Source of the DNA: Squalus acanthias
Taxonomy: Eukaryota
Reading direction: 5' to 3'
Assembly: GCA_030390025.1 (NCBI GenBank)
Contig: CM059432.1
Coordinates: 103,170,001 to 103,234,000 of the forward strand
DNA: 64,000 bases
Shown: positions 24,023-37,409 of the stretch, piece after piece
Numbering within the stretch: position 1 is the first letter of the stretch
Layout: each line of letters begins with the position of its first letter
The notes under the pieces: model-generated
What the model saw: only the letters and a program-made list of their open reading frames with translations
Told to the model about the DNA's origin: nothing
The model's database searches: none
Translations under genes and position numbers: made by a program

Positions 24023-24257
24023 CTGATTTTCCAATGGGCTTCAACATCAACCAGGTAAAAGCATCTATCTGCTTACACCCCATTTCAGCAGACTAAGACA
24101 TTCGGAGGCAGCTTAGAGAAATTCCCAGCCATTGTGCTATTTGAAGTTTTTTGAAAATCAACAGTTTTAAGGTCAATCAGAGGCTGCCCATGGCACAACT
24201 ATGCAGAGTATTTTTTATAAAAGTGATTCTTTAAGTATACATGACTGGAGTTCTGTC
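24023..24257 (-). pseudogene. Pseudo-exon
   Basis: ctgaccttaccag|GA ... CAG|gtaaaa; QNSSHVYLKNHFYKKYSA*LCHGQPLIDLKTVDFQKTSNSTMAGNFSKLPPNVLVC*NGV*. Confidence 0.6.
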
Positions 24258-25183
24258 CTGGTAAGGTCAGTGTAAATATAGCAAAGGAACAAAGTCAAAA
24301 TCAAAACACAAATTTGAAACTGTAATTTTAATAACTGAAGCCCATGGCCCACATGATGAATGCTGTCAAGCAACAAGAGATGACAGGGTCAATTTTCATC
24401 CATATTTTTAGGTGGAAATGGGTTGATAGCATGATGAAAATGGTGGTGCAGAACTTACTGCCCTATTTCCGCTGTTGTTCCACCTGCTGCCATTTTGATC
24501 AGGGCCTATCTATACATGCGGCCAGAGCCTCATTAAAGTATGCAAATAGGGTTCCTCTGACATCAATAGGACCCTAATGACATTTTCATTAACGTTAGCC
24601 ATTGCGTAATATTGGGTCGTACAGGCTGCTTACGGCCATTTCCAGCACTATTGCATTTTATATTCATGACCTCAGGACGTCCCAAAGTGCTTTACAGCCT
24701 ATGAAGCACTTTTGAAGTGTGGTAACTGTTGTAATGTAGGAAACGCAGCAGCCAATGTGCACACAGCAAGCTCCCACCTTTAAAGGGGCAGCTCCCTGCA
24801 GGGACTCGGATCTTTGGTATGTGTCTGGTAAGTTGGAGGCGCTTGTCTGCGAATATTATTTTGCTGAAATTGTGCCAGTTTCTGCGTTACTTGGCGTATC
24901 AACCATTCTGTTAGCACAGAGAAGTACTTACTTTACTGAAGGATGGCAGAAATATTAGCCATCTCTTACTGGCTGCAGGAAGAGGAGGAGCAGCAGCAGT
25001 TGCCACCAGTAGGGGAGCTTCAGGGACCAGCACTTGGCCCTGCAAGAAGTCAGTATGGAGGAGGGCTGCTCGCAGGTGGCTTAACCCTGCTCATAGTCTA
25101 CAGGTTATGGGTACGGTAGCACAGTGGTTATGTTGGTGGACTAGTAATCCAGAGGCCTGGACTAATGATCTGGAAGAGTCATA

Positions 25184-26078
25184 GGGGGAAAAATTCAGTC
25201 GCGTCCCGTTTGGGGCGCAAATATCGTCCGGGCGAAAAAATTAGCGCCTGGCGGTAATTATCGCCACTGACTGGAAACTTCACTTTTACCGCCCCGGGAG
25301 GTGAGTGGAGCGCTAAATCAGGCGCTGCACACCTGTCTTAAGGCGCAAAGGCCGAGGAGTGAGGCGCTAACTCAGAGCGCTGGCGAAGCTCATGTAATGT
25401 CAGTCAGCAATGGAACACACACACAATGGCACGGGCCAGTTCTTAAAGGGGATGGTTAATCTTGCTTTCCATCCACATCCTACTCATTGCAGCCTTGAAT
25501 CTCGGCCTGGAGAGACTTGCACATCAAATGTGCTGGAAAGAACAATTGAGAGTACCAGGCAAAGAGCTCAGAGTGCAGCCCCCACAGTCTCTGCTAAATC
25601 AATACAATGAATGGAAAATCAAAATGAACCTGCAAAGTGCTGCTCAGTACCCAAAACTCCTTCACACAACGTTGAATCTCTCCAGAAGTATCTCTCTCTC
25701 TCTCTCTCAGAATGCGTAGTTCAAAAATGGCACCAACAATAAAAGGCAGGAAGCGGTCACCTTTAAATAGCGCTCCCCCTTTCCCTTCATGACTGCAGAA
25801 CGCTCCCCTCAACCTGTCGTTGCTAGCGTCAGGCGGTAAGGCAGGGGGCGCCACTCAATATCCGCTCCGGGGCGATACCGGGGCGTTGCACACTCGAGTG
25901 ACGTCATGATCTGCCGGCGCAGGAGATCATGGCGGTAGTGTTTAGTGCCGCTGCAAAATGTCTAGTTAATTTCGCGAGCGGCGCAAACTTCGCCGCGCCC
26001 GGGCGCTAGATGCTTTGCGCCCCATTAGCGCCCTCTTAAGGCGCTAACGAGAGGCGCAACCAACTGAATTTTTCCCCC
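25184..26078. mobile_element. MITE family A, copy 2
   Basis: TIR GGGGGAAAAATTCAGT; TSD ATA/ATA; inserted in the CR1 3' tail. Confidence 0.92.
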
Positions 26079-27923
26079 ATAGAGTTATAGAGTCATAACG
26101 GCACAGAAGGAGGCCATTCGGCCCATCGAGTCCGTGCCAGCTCTCTGTAGAGCAATCCAGTCAGTTCTATTCCCCCGCTCTATCCCCGTAGCCCTGCAAG
26201 TTTTTTTCCCTCAAGCGCCTATCCAGTCTCCCCTTGAAAACATTGATTGTCTCCGCTTCCACCACTTCCGTCGGCAGCGAATTCCAGGTCATCACCACTC
26301 GCTGCGTAAAAAAGTTTTTCCTCACGTCCCCCCTGTATCTCTTGCCCAAAACCTTAAATCTGTGTCCCCTAGTCCTTGTACCATCAACTAGTGGGAACAG
26401 CCTTTCCCCGTCTAGCCTATCCAAACCCATCATAATCTTGTACACCTCTATCAAATCACCCCGCAACCTCCTTTGCTCTAATGAAAACAATTCCAGCTTC
26501 TCCAATCTGTCCTTGTAGCTAAGATCCCCCATCCCCGGAACCATTCTGGTAAATCTCCTCTGCACCCTCTCAAGTGCCTTCACATCCTTCCTAAAGTGTG
26601 GTGACCAGAACTGGATGCAATACTCCAGTTGTGGCCTAACCAGCACTTTATAAAAGTTCAGCATAACTTCTCTACTTTTGTACTCAATACCTCTATTTAT
26701 GAAGCCCAGGATCCCATATGCATTGCTAACCACTCTCTCAATATGTCCTGCCACCTTCAGGGACCTATGCACATTATCTCCCAGGTCCCTCTGTCCCTGC
26801 ACACTCTTTAAAACTGTGCCATTAAGTGTATATTGCCTCTCCCTGTTCCTTCTGCCAAAATGCATCACCTCACACTTCTCTGTATTAAATTCCATCTGCC
26901 ACTTGTCTGCCCATTCTGCTAGCCTTTCTATGTCCTGTTGTAGTCGATTGGTATCATCCTCACTGTTTGCCACACCCCCAAGTTTGGTGCCATCAGCAAA
27001 TTTAGAAATTCTACTCTGTATTCCAATATCCAGGTCATTTATATATATCAAAAAAAGCAGTGGCCCTAGCACTGACCCTTGGGGAACACCACTGTCTACC
27101 ATCCTCCAGTCTGAAAAACAGCCATTTACCACAACTCGCTGTTTTCTGTCCTTAAGCCAATTCCTTATCCAAGCTGCCACTGACCCACCTATTCCATGAG
27201 CCTCAATTTTGTTAACCAGCCTTCTATGTGGTACTTTGTCAAACACCTTCCTAAAATCCATGTAGACAACATCCATTGCATTCCCTTCATCAATCCTCCC
27301 TGTTACTTCATCAAAAAATTCAATTAGATTAGTCAAACACGATCTGCCTTTTACAAATCCATGTTGGCTCTCCTTAATTAGTTTAAACCTCTCCAAGTGC
27401 CCGTTAATTTTTTCCTTGATTATTGTTTCTAAAATTTTACCCACCACTGATGTTAAACTGACCAGCCTGTAGTTACTAGGATTATCCTTACACCCTTTCT
27501 TGAACAATTGTGTCACATTTGCCACTTTCCAATCCTCAGGCACCTCCCCCGGATCTAGGGAAGATTGGAAAATTATGGCAAGCCCTTCCACTATCTCCTC
27601 CCCCAATTCCCTTAGTAACCTGGGATGCAAGCCATCTGGACCAGGCGATTTATCCCTTCTAAGCATACCCAGTCTTTCTAGTACATCCTGTCTATCAATT
27701 TTCACCCCTTCCATTGCTTCTACCTTTTCCACTTCTACCGATATTTTGTCAGCATCCACCTCCTTAGTAAACACCGGTACAAAGTACTCATTGAGTATTC
27801 TAGCCTTGCCCTGTGCCTCGAAGCATATATCACCTTCTTTGTCCCAAATAGGCCCCACCCCGCCTCTTACACTCACTTACTGTTTACATGCCAGTAGAAT
27901 ATTTTTGGGTTCCCTTTTATGTT

Positions 27924-29344
27924 TGTAATGGAATAGCCATATTTCAGAAAAATACACCATCCTATGAACAGAATTCTGATTTTATTAAAACATGACAAAC
28001 TGGGTTTAAAAATCTAAAAGCCTCAATGACACAAGCCTTAAACAGAAATACAGGCTTCTGAGATAAGATGAAGTGTTAACACAAAGCTGTAAACACCACA
28101 CAAGCATTTGAAATGGGAAATGGTTATTGACATTGAGACAATGGCCTCATTGAAACAGAGGGTTGGTTGTAGGTTACAATGAGTCTGCAGTTTGGAACCA
28201 ACACAATAGCAATGCCCAAGTAAAGTGTTAAAAAATAACACTTCGAACAGAAAAACAGAACATTAAAAAACCATGTGCCTTTGTAAAAGTAACATCAAAT
28301 GAAACAGGAAACACGATTATATATACAACCAATTGAAGTAGCTAAGAAATGCAAAGAACACCCTAGATGAAGTGTTTTTAATTTACATGTTGTAAAAGAT
28401 ACCTACAGAAGACTTTGAAAATATTACATCAATAGATCATAGAATCACAAAATCACAGAATCCCCACAGTGCAGATAGAGGCCATTTCGGCCCATCGAGC
28501 CTGCACCGACACATATCCCACCCTATCCCCGTAACCCCATGTATTTAATCCCCCTAACACTAAGGGTCAATTTTATCATAGCCAAATCAACCTAACCCGC
28601 ACATCTTTGGACTGATGTACCAAGCAATCACATTGTTTATGTGTTGAACTTGGAACACAAGGAGACAAGAAGTCTGTGATACAAGCAGTTAAGCCAATAT
28701 TAAGAATTGAATTGAAGACCTTCGAAAGAATGACATCAAAGAGATAAATCTGTAATAACTATTTTATATAAGTTTTTGAAACACCTATACAGCAGACAGA
28801 ATTCTGCAAGCTAACAGCTGAATTAACAGTAAGAATAGAAAGAAGTCAACAGAGGTATGGCTAGAGATAATTAGCTGACATCAGCAGAAAAGTTCAAAGG
28901 ATAAACCACTAAAAAAGGTATAAAAATAGAGCTTTTCAGATAAAAAGTCAGAAGTCACTGGAAGGGGCAGAGCGATTCTTGCCTTCAGAACCACTCTGTA
29001 GGTCTACAACTCTTTGAGTCTCGGGTAATCAAGGTATTTGATTTTGGTGGATATTCTGGATTAAGAATAAGTAGAAGTGTGGAAATGTAACAAAGTTAAG
29101 ATTTGAGAATAAGGATCTCTGATAAGAAGTGTAAGCTATTTGTATTTTGAACCGTTAAAGTTGTGATTGAATCAACAGCTGTTAGCTGAATGTCGGTTCT
29201 TTAATAAATCTATATATTTTTAGAAATATCTCACAGAGTAATTTTGTATCAATCTCGCAAACTCAATTTCTGTACACTCTTTTGTGAGGAGTTGCAGAAT
29301 TCTGGGGGGGTTTTCCGGACTCTCATAATATCCGGAAGGTTACA
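27924..29344 (+). mobile_element. LTR-like insertion containing an HE1-type SINE fragment (28438-28613, minus)
   Basis: TGTAAT...GTTACA termini; AATAAA near 29203; interrupts the CR1; no clean 4-6 bp TSD. Confidence 0.5.
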
Positions 29345-29630
29345 GTCTAGTTAAACTTATTAAAAGTGCTATCTGGAGGACGGTAACATCTTCAAGCCGT
29401 TCCTTTCCTTTAGGGAGAGGTAGTCTGACCTTTAGACCCAATTAAACATCTCTAGGATTCGGCTACCGCTAACTTTAGTTGAAGGTGAACGTCTGGGGAA
29501 TACGCCTGATCTGGGGTAGCCCGAAAAGGGCTAGGACTAGTAATTATCCCTTCATGTTAACAGCCATTCTACTCTCATATTCTCTCTTTGCCAATCTTAT
29601 TTTCATCTTCACTTCCCCTCTCAACTTATT

Positions 29631-30367
29631 GGCCCGTATTTTCCGATCCCTACGGGTGTGTACGAGCTGTGTACACACCCGTAGGGACCTCGCACGTGCC
29701 GGTTTCAGGCCTGTGAAGCGCATGCGCTGAAAACCGGCATTTCCGATCTGTCAAGAATCCTCCTGACAGATCGCACACCTGCCCTGGAGAAGGGCCTCTG
29801 CGGGCGGAGAGTTTCGCTTTCTGCAGAACCTCCGCCCGCTGAAATCCCTTAAAAATCTTACGCCTGGTAAAAGCAGGCGTAAGGTCTGCTTTTACCAGCA
29901 TAAGAGTTTTAAAAAAAAAATTCACTCATTTATAATTTAAAAATACTTTTAAATAGGTAAGTTTATTTTTAGCCCCATAAAAAACTTTAATTTTTTTCCA
30001 AAAAATTTATTTTTTGTTTAAAATATTTAATTTAATGTAATTTTAACTAATTTTAAAAAAGGGATTTAAAAAAAAATTATTTAATGTTTTGATGTTTATT
30101 TGGAGTGATCTCCATTCATACTTTTGACAAGTCATTTAAGTATGAAGGGAGATTCCCTTCTCCCATTGGTTCCCCAAGGCCCACGTGATCCCAGGGATGT
30201 TTGCGAACCGCATGCGCCCCTGGGATACCTGGGCCCAGCGCATTTCATAGAGCAGAGGCCCAGGAGCGGAAATGGCCGGACCTCTGGAGCCCTCAGGTAA
30301 GGGCATAGACTTTTTCCAGATCAGAGGCCTCCGCACGCAGGAAGCCTCCGATCGGAAAATACAGGCC
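29631..30367. mobile_element. Harbinger-type MITE with an AT-rich core
   Basis: TIR GGCCCGTATTTTCCGATC / GATCGGAAAATACAGGCC; ATT/ATA flanks; related to 55937-56702. Confidence 0.88.
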
Positions 30368-33300
30368 ATAGTATTTGGACTGGTTCTTCCTTGAAGAATT
30401 CACCTGACATTCATCATACACCCTCTTTTTTTGTTTCATCATCTTCTCTATCTCCCTCGTCATCCAAGGAGCCCTTGCTTTGTTTCCCTTACCCTTCCCT
30501 CTTGTTGGAATGTGCCTAGCCTGTACTTGGAACATCTCCTCCTTAAAGATCACCCATTGTTCCGTTACAGTTTTTCCTGTCAGTCTTTGGTTCCATTTTA
30601 CCCTGGCTAGATCCTTTCGCATTCCATTGAAGTTAGCCCTATTCCAGTTTAGAAGCTCCACTCTAGATTGTTCCTTGCTCCTCTCCATTGCTAATTTAAA
30701 TCTTATGATACGATGATCACTCGTACCCAAGTGTTCTCCCACAGACACTTGGTCGACCTGGCCCACCTCATTCCCCAGCACCAGATCCAGCAATGCCTCC
30801 TTCCTAGTTGGGCCAAGAACATACTGGTCAAGGAAATTCTCCTGAACACATTTCAGAAATTCCTCCCCCTCCTTTCCCTTTACCCTAGCATTATCCCAAT
30901 CGATATTTGAGTAATTAAAGTCCCCCAATATCACCCCTCCATAGCTCTTGCATATCTCTGCAATTCCCCTGCAGATTTGCTCCTCTACCTCCCTCTCACT
31001 ATTTGGAGGCCTGTAGAATGCCCCCAATAGCGTGATCATACCCTTTTTGCTCCTTAACTCTAACCAAATGGATTCTGTCCTTGTCCCCTCAAGAACATCC
31101 TCCCTTTCCAAAACAACATCTTCCCTTTCCAAGACGTGAGTTCAATCCCACCACGGCAGCTGCAGAATTTAAATTCAGTTAATTAAATAAATCTGGAATA
31201 AAAAGCTAGTATCAGTAATGGTGACCATAAAACTAGCGGATTGTCATAAAAACCCATCTGGTTCACTAATATGATTGGCTTATATGTGACTCCAGACCCA
31301 CAGCAATGTGGTTGACTCTTAACTGCCCTCTGACGTATCCTAGCAAGCCATTCAGTTGTACCAAACTGTTACAAAGAAGTATAACAGCACTATGGGAGTA
31401 CCTTCATCACACGGACTGCAGCAGTTCAAGAAGGTGGCTCACCACCTTCTCGAGGGCAATTAGTGATGGGCAATAAATGCTGGCCACATCCCATGAACGA
31501 ATATTTAAAAAAAGAACCAAAATAAGCTACCTATACCTCAGAAGCAGTACAGGAGGATATTGCACGTCTCACAAGAGACCTTATCATATTACCACAGCTG
31601 GTACTGCAAAGCCTGTGGCAGTTAAGGTGACCACAACCTGAATTTTAATGCATCAGGGTCATTACATGCTGCAAATGGAGATGTTTGCAATATAGGTCAA
31701 GCTGCAGTGCATTTGTGCATAATGCAGGTCACAGATATGATGTTTGCTGGGGCTAATGGATATATTTCATTCCCCATGGACCCCAGGAGCCAGTAGGAAA
31801 GGGCTGTGGCTTTTGGAGCCAGTGCAGGATTCCCACAAGTACACGGTGCCATCGACTGTGCACTTGTGTCAATAGGGCTCCCGCCAATGAGCCCGGCACT
31901 TTCATGAGCCGCAAAGGGCTTCCCTGTTTATTGTCCAGCTGGAACGTAACCACTGGCCGCGGTTCATGCAGGAGTGTGCCCACTTTCCACGCAGCTCTCA
32001 CGATGGATACAGACCAGCACTCCCTCTCGCCTTAATGAGGAGCAACATGTCTGAGGCTGGTTGCAAGGAGATAATGGATATCCTCTCCAAAATTGGCTGA
32101 TGACCCTGCTCCAAAACTTATGGATGCCTGCGGAGATCAGGTACGCAACAGTCACGCCTCAATCAGAGCAGTGCTGGTGTTTGGAAAGGATGGAGCGACT
32201 GACAGGCATCTTCCTGATGGTGATCCATTCCATCTTTTGTGCTGCAGGGCCCAAGTCATGGGATGGACCTGGAAAAAAGGGGAGAGGGATGAGGGTCAGC
32301 AAGTAATGGGAAGGTTATGCAGTAGCTAATGATTGGCAGCGCAATGCAGTACCAGGTTTCCAGTATGCCTGTATGTGTGATTGTCTGAGAAAAGAAAAAA
32401 GGTAAGAGAAAAAGGCAGACCTCCAGTTTTGCTTTCACCAATGCTTCGCGCTCCCCCACCCACCCCCTGCTGCACCAATAATCTCTAATGGTTCCTCCTC
32501 CAACTGACTGAGGGCCTCTGAGGTATAGGTCGATAATCCTCTCCCAGTTTGGGTCCTCTACCATTTGTTGTGAGCCAGCGAGAAGAGTGGGAGTGAGTGT
32601 GTGTGTGATTCTTGTAAAGGGGCGTGCCGATGTGTGAGAGAGCTTCAAATAGTAGGCATACTGAGAAGGAGAAGCAGAAAGTTGTGAGCAAGATGTAAGG
32701 TTGTAAAGTTCAAAAAAGTGGCTCCAGTGTGAAACGTGAAAGCAGTTAGCGGAAGTGTGAACTGTGTTTTAATTGTAACCAAGCAAAAGCAGAATTCCAT
32801 TTGTGGCTGTTCTAAGGGAAGCAGCAAATCGCAAGTATGTAATTGTAATAAGAAGGGGGGGTTGTTGCAGTGTTGCCATTGGATTAGAAGAGATGCATGT
32901 GGAGCAGGAAAAGAAGGGTTGGAATGCTGGGTGGGTGAAAGTGTGCTGTGGCAAGGCATCATCCTTGAGATAGCAAGACAACATTCTCACCTTTGGTCTG
33001 CAGTTAAGGTCATTGAACTTTTTCAGGCACTGCACCCATGTCCTGCAGATGTTACTTCTGGCAATTCCATTCTTAGCTATCTCCTTCCAGGCCTGCTGCA
33101 GCGTTTGACTGGGCACCCGTCTCCAGTCTGAGCAGTAGATGACCTATCTCCAGGCCCTCATCTCCTTGACCAGGACCTCCATCAGGCAGTAATAGTAGAA
33201 GATTTCAATTACCATAATATTAGCTTGAATAGAATTCATGTAAAATGTATAGAGGGTGCCGAATTCTTAAAATGCATTCAGGAGAACTTTTTTAGCCAGT

Positions 33301-33503
33301 ATGTAACAAGCCCAACAAGAGAGGGGGCAGTTCTGGACTTAGTTTTAGGAAATGAAGCTGGGCAGGTGGAAGGGGTATCAGCGGGAGAGCATTTTGGTGG
33401 TAGTGATCATAATTCAGTTAGATTTAGCATAGTGATGGAAAAGGACAAAGATAGACCAGGTGTAAAGTTCTTGATTGGGGAAAGGCCAATTTTACTAAGC
33501 TGA

Positions 33504-33648
33504 CCTTTTCCAGTTCTGACGAAAGGTCATCGACCTGAAATGTTAACTCTGTTTCTCTCTCCACAGATGCTGCCTGACCTGCTGAGTATTTGCAGCATTT
33601 TCTGTTTTTATTTCAGATTTCCAGCATCCGCAGTATTTTGCTTTTGTA
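33504..33648 (+). mobile_element. Stand-alone Penelope terminal-repeat unit with a hammerhead ribozyme core
   Basis: 12-bp TSD TTACTAAGCTGA; CTGACGA-A-AGGTC-ATC-GACCT-GAAA. Confidence 0.8.
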
Positions 33649-35217
33649 TTACTAAGCTGAGATGTGATTTAGCAAAAGTGGACTGGAAACAGCTACTTGA
33701 AGGTAAATCGGTGTCAGAGCAGTGGGAGGCATTCAAGGAGGAGTTAGTGAGGGTTCAGAGCAAATATGTTCCCACAAAGAAAAAGGGTGGGACTCCAAAA
33801 TCTAGAGCCCCTGAATGTCAAGGAGCATACAGGGTAGGATAAAGAAAAAAAGGGAAGCTTTTGTCAGATACCGAGAGCTCAATACTGCAGAAAGCCTAGA
33901 GGAGTATAGAAAGTGCAGGGGTGAAATTAAAAAGGAAATTAGAAAAGCAAAGAGAGAGCATGAAAAAATATTGGCAAGTAAAATCAAGGAAAACCCAAAG
34001 ATGTTTTATAAATCCATAAAGAGCAAGAGGATAACTAAGAAAAGAGTCGGGCCTATTAGAGACCAAAAAGGTAACCTGTGTGTGGAGGCGGAAGACGTGG
34101 ATATGGTTCTTAATGAATTCTTTGTGTCTGTCTTCACAGAAGAGAGGGGCGATGCAGAGTGTAGTTCGGGAGGAGGAGTGTGAAATATTAGATGGGATAA
34201 ACAGAGAGAGAGAGGAAGTATTAAACGATTTAACATCTTTGAAAGTAAATCGGCAGGCTCGTATGAAATGTATCCCAGGTGTTAAGAGAAGCAAGGGAGG
34301 AAATACCGAAGGCTCTGAGTAACATTTTCCAATCCTCTCTGGCTATAGGCATGCTGTCAGAGGACTGAAGGACTGCTCACATCGTGCCATTGTTTAAAAA
34401 GAGAGAAAGGGATAGACTAAGTAATTACAGGCCAGTAAGCCTGACCTCGGTGGTGGGAAAATTATTGGAAAAAATTCTGAGGGACAATATAAATCATCAT
34501 TTAGAAAGTCACAGATTAATAAAGGACAGTCAGCATGGATTTGTTAAGGGAAGGTCGTGTCTGATTAACTAATCTTTTTTGAGGAGGTAACGAGGAGGGT
34601 CGATGAAGGTAATGCATTTGCTCTCGTCTACATGGATTTTAGCAAGGCCTTTGACAAGGTCCCACATGGCAGGTTGGTCAAAAAAGTAAAAGCCCATGGG
34701 ATCCAAGGGAAAGTGGCAAGTTGGATCCAAAATTGGCTCAGTGGCAGGAAGCAGAGGGTAATGGTCGATGGGTGTTTTTGTGACTGGAAGGCTGTTTCCA
34801 GTGGGGTTCCACAGGGTTCAGTACTAGGTCCCTTGCTTTTTGTGGTATATATCAATGATTTAGACTTCAATGTAGGGGGCATGATTAAGAAGTTTGCAGA
34901 TGATACAAAAATTGGCCATGTGGTTGGATAGAGAGGAAGAAAGCTGTAGACTGCAGGAAGATATCAATGGACTGTTCAGGTGGGTAGAAAAGTGGCAGAT
35001 GGAATTCAATCCGGAGAAGTGTAAGGTAATGCTTTTGGGGAGGGCTAACAAGGCAAGGGAATACACGATAAATGGTAGGCTACTGAGAAGTGTAGAGGAT
35101 CAGAGGGACCTTGGAGTGCATGTCCACAGATCCCTGAAGGTAGCAGGATAGATAGATAAGGTGGTTAAGAAGGCATATGGGATACTTTCCTTTATTAGCC
35201 GAGGCATAGAATATAAG

Positions 35218-36754
35218 CAAAAGAGGAAATAGCAGAGGCCCTGAACATCATTTTTCAATCCTCTCTGGCCTCAGGTGTGGTGCCGGAGGACTGGAGGACT
35301 CCTAATGTGGTACCCTTGTTTAAAAAGGGAGAAAAGGATAGACCGAGTAATTACAGGCCAGTCAGCCTAACCTCGGTGGTGGGAAAATTATTGGAAAGAA
35401 TTCTGAAGGACAGGATAAATCTTCATTTAGAAAGATACGGATTAATCAAGGATAGTCAGCACGGATTTGTTAAGGGAAGGTCGTGTCTGACAAACTTGAT
35501 TGAATTTTTTGAGGAGGTAACAAGGAGGGTGGATGAGGGTAGTGCGTTTGATGTAGTGTATATGGACTTTAGCAAGGCTTTAGATAAGGTTCCACATGGC
35601 AGACTGGTCACGAAGTTAAAAGCCCATGGGATCCAGGGCAAAGTGTCAAGTTGGATTCAAAACTGGCTCGGAGACAGGAAGCAGAGGGTAATGGTTGATG
35701 GGTGTTTTTCTGACTGGAAGGCTGTTTCCAGTGGGGTTCCGCAGGGCTCAGTACTGGGTCCCTTTCTTTTTGTGGTATATATCAATGATCTAGACTTGAA
35801 TATAGGGGATATGATTAAGAAGTTTGCAGATGATACTAAAATCGGCTGTGTGGTTGATACTGAAGAAGGAAGCTGTAGACTGCAGGAAGATATCAATAAA
35901 TTGGTCAGGTGGGTAGAACAGTGGCAAATGGAATTCAATCCAGAGAAGTGTGAGGTAATGCATTTGGGTAGGGCTAACAAGGAAAGGGAATACACAGTAA
36001 ATGGTAGGACACTGAGTAGTGTAGAGGAACAAAGGGACCTTGGAGTGCATGTCTACAGATCCCTGAAGGTAGCAGGCCAGGTAGATAAGGTGGTTAAGAA
36101 GGCATACGGAATGCTTGCCTTTATTAGCTGTGGCATAGAATACAACAGCAGGGGGGGTTATGCTTCAACTGTATAAAACACTAGTTAGGCCTCAGCTAGA
36201 GTACTGCATGCAGTTCTGGTCACCACATTACAGGAAAGACGTGATTGCACTGGAGAGGGTACAGAGGAGATTTACAAGGATGTTGTCGGGAGTAGAGAAT
36301 CTTAGCTATGAGGAAAGACTGGATAGGCTGGGTCTGTTTTCCTTGGAACAAAGGAGGCTGAGAGGAGACCTTATTGAGATGTATAAAATTATGAGGCGCA
36401 TGGATAAAGTGGATAGAAAGGACCTATTTCCCTTAGCAGAGGGGTCAAAAACCAGGGGCCACAGATTTAAAGTAATTGGTGGAAGGTTTAGAGGGGATTT
36501 GAGGGGAAATTTCTTCACCCAGAGGGTTGTGGGGGTCTGGAACTCACTGCCTGAAAGGGTGGTAGAGGCAGGAACCCTAACCACATTTAAAAAGTACTTG
36601 GATGTGCACTTGGGATGCTCTAACCTGCAGGTCTACGGACCAAGAGCTGGGAAGTGGGATTAGGCTGGATAGTTCTTTGTTGGCCGGCGCGGACACGATG
36701 GGCCGAAATGGCCTCCTTCCGTGCTGTAACTTTCTATGATTCTATGATTCTATG
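35218..36754 (+). mobile_element. 5'-truncated CR1 nested in a CR1
   Basis: ORFs 35277-36176 and 36160-36663; (ATTCTATG)n tail; ATAAG TSD. Confidence 0.92.
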
Positions 36755-37409
36755 ATAAGAGCGGAGAGGTTATGCTTGAACTGTAAAAAACACTAAATTT
36801 AGCTATGAGGAAAGATTGGACAGGCTGGGGTTGTTTTCTTTGGAACAGAGGAGGCTGAGGGGAGATTTAATTGAGGTGTATAAAATTATGAGGGGCCTAG
36901 ATAGAGTGGATAGGAAGGACCTATTTCCCTTAGCAGAGAGGTCAATAACTAGGGGGCATAGAGTTAAAGTAATTGGTAGAAGGATTAGAGGGGAGTTGAG
37001 GAGAACTTTTTTCACCCAGAGGGTGGTGGGTGTCTGGAACTTACTAACTTAAATTGTGGTAGAGGCAGAAACCCTCATCAAATTTAAAAAGTACTTGGAT
37101 TATGCACTTGAAATGCTGTAATCTACAGGTCTACGGACCAAGAGCTGGAAAGTGGGATTAAGCTGGATAGCTCTTTTTCGGCTGGCACAGACACACTGGG
37201 TCGAATAGGCTCCTTCTGTGCCGTAAATTTCTATGATTCTACGATTGATTCCACCAAGACCTCCAATGCTGCGTCCAAAAACTTTGGTGCCCGCTCTCTC
37301 CATGGTCAGCAATTGTTGATTGTTGCAGAGCACACTATTCCCAATGATCTCAGCACCTCCAGCAGCCACAGTGCATCTTTCCTTTAAGAAGTGCAGGTCA
37401 GCTTTAAGG

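Larger units (their letters stand above)
25178..31130 (-). mobile_element. CR1 LINE (endonuclease part 30369-31130, linker 29547-29630, RT 26167-27923)
   Basis: ORFs 30293-31132 and 26167-27876 carry CR1 motifs; 3' tail at 26079-26165. Confidence 0.93.
25110..31505 (+). mobile_element. tRNA-derived SINE split by a 6-kb insertion (halves 25110-25177 and 31131-31505)
   Basis: The halves rejoin to match the uninterrupted copy starting at 54507; AAGA duplicated at the break. Confidence 0.85.
33188..37242 (+). mobile_element. Degraded CR1 with a nested younger CR1
   Basis: Endonuclease and RT fragments 33225-35151; resumes at 36760; 3' tail near 37240. Confidence 0.9.
24387..37400. mobile_element. 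Old Harbinger transposon, fragmented by SINE and CR1 insertions
   Basis: 5' part 24387-25105; HARBI1-like remnants 31530-32170 (LQGDNGYPLQNWLMT); Myb remnants on the minus strand at 32985-33185 and 37243-37305. Confidence 0.6.

Noticed and set aside
19520..24257. Possible PI3-kinase or GREB1 similarity of the pseudo-exons
   Set aside because: Only short, non-collinear resemblances; no kinase or glycosyltransferase motifs follow before the stop
26234..27928. Long plus-strand ORFs opposite the CR1 RT
   Set aside because: Typical antisense shadow ORFs of CR1 ORF2
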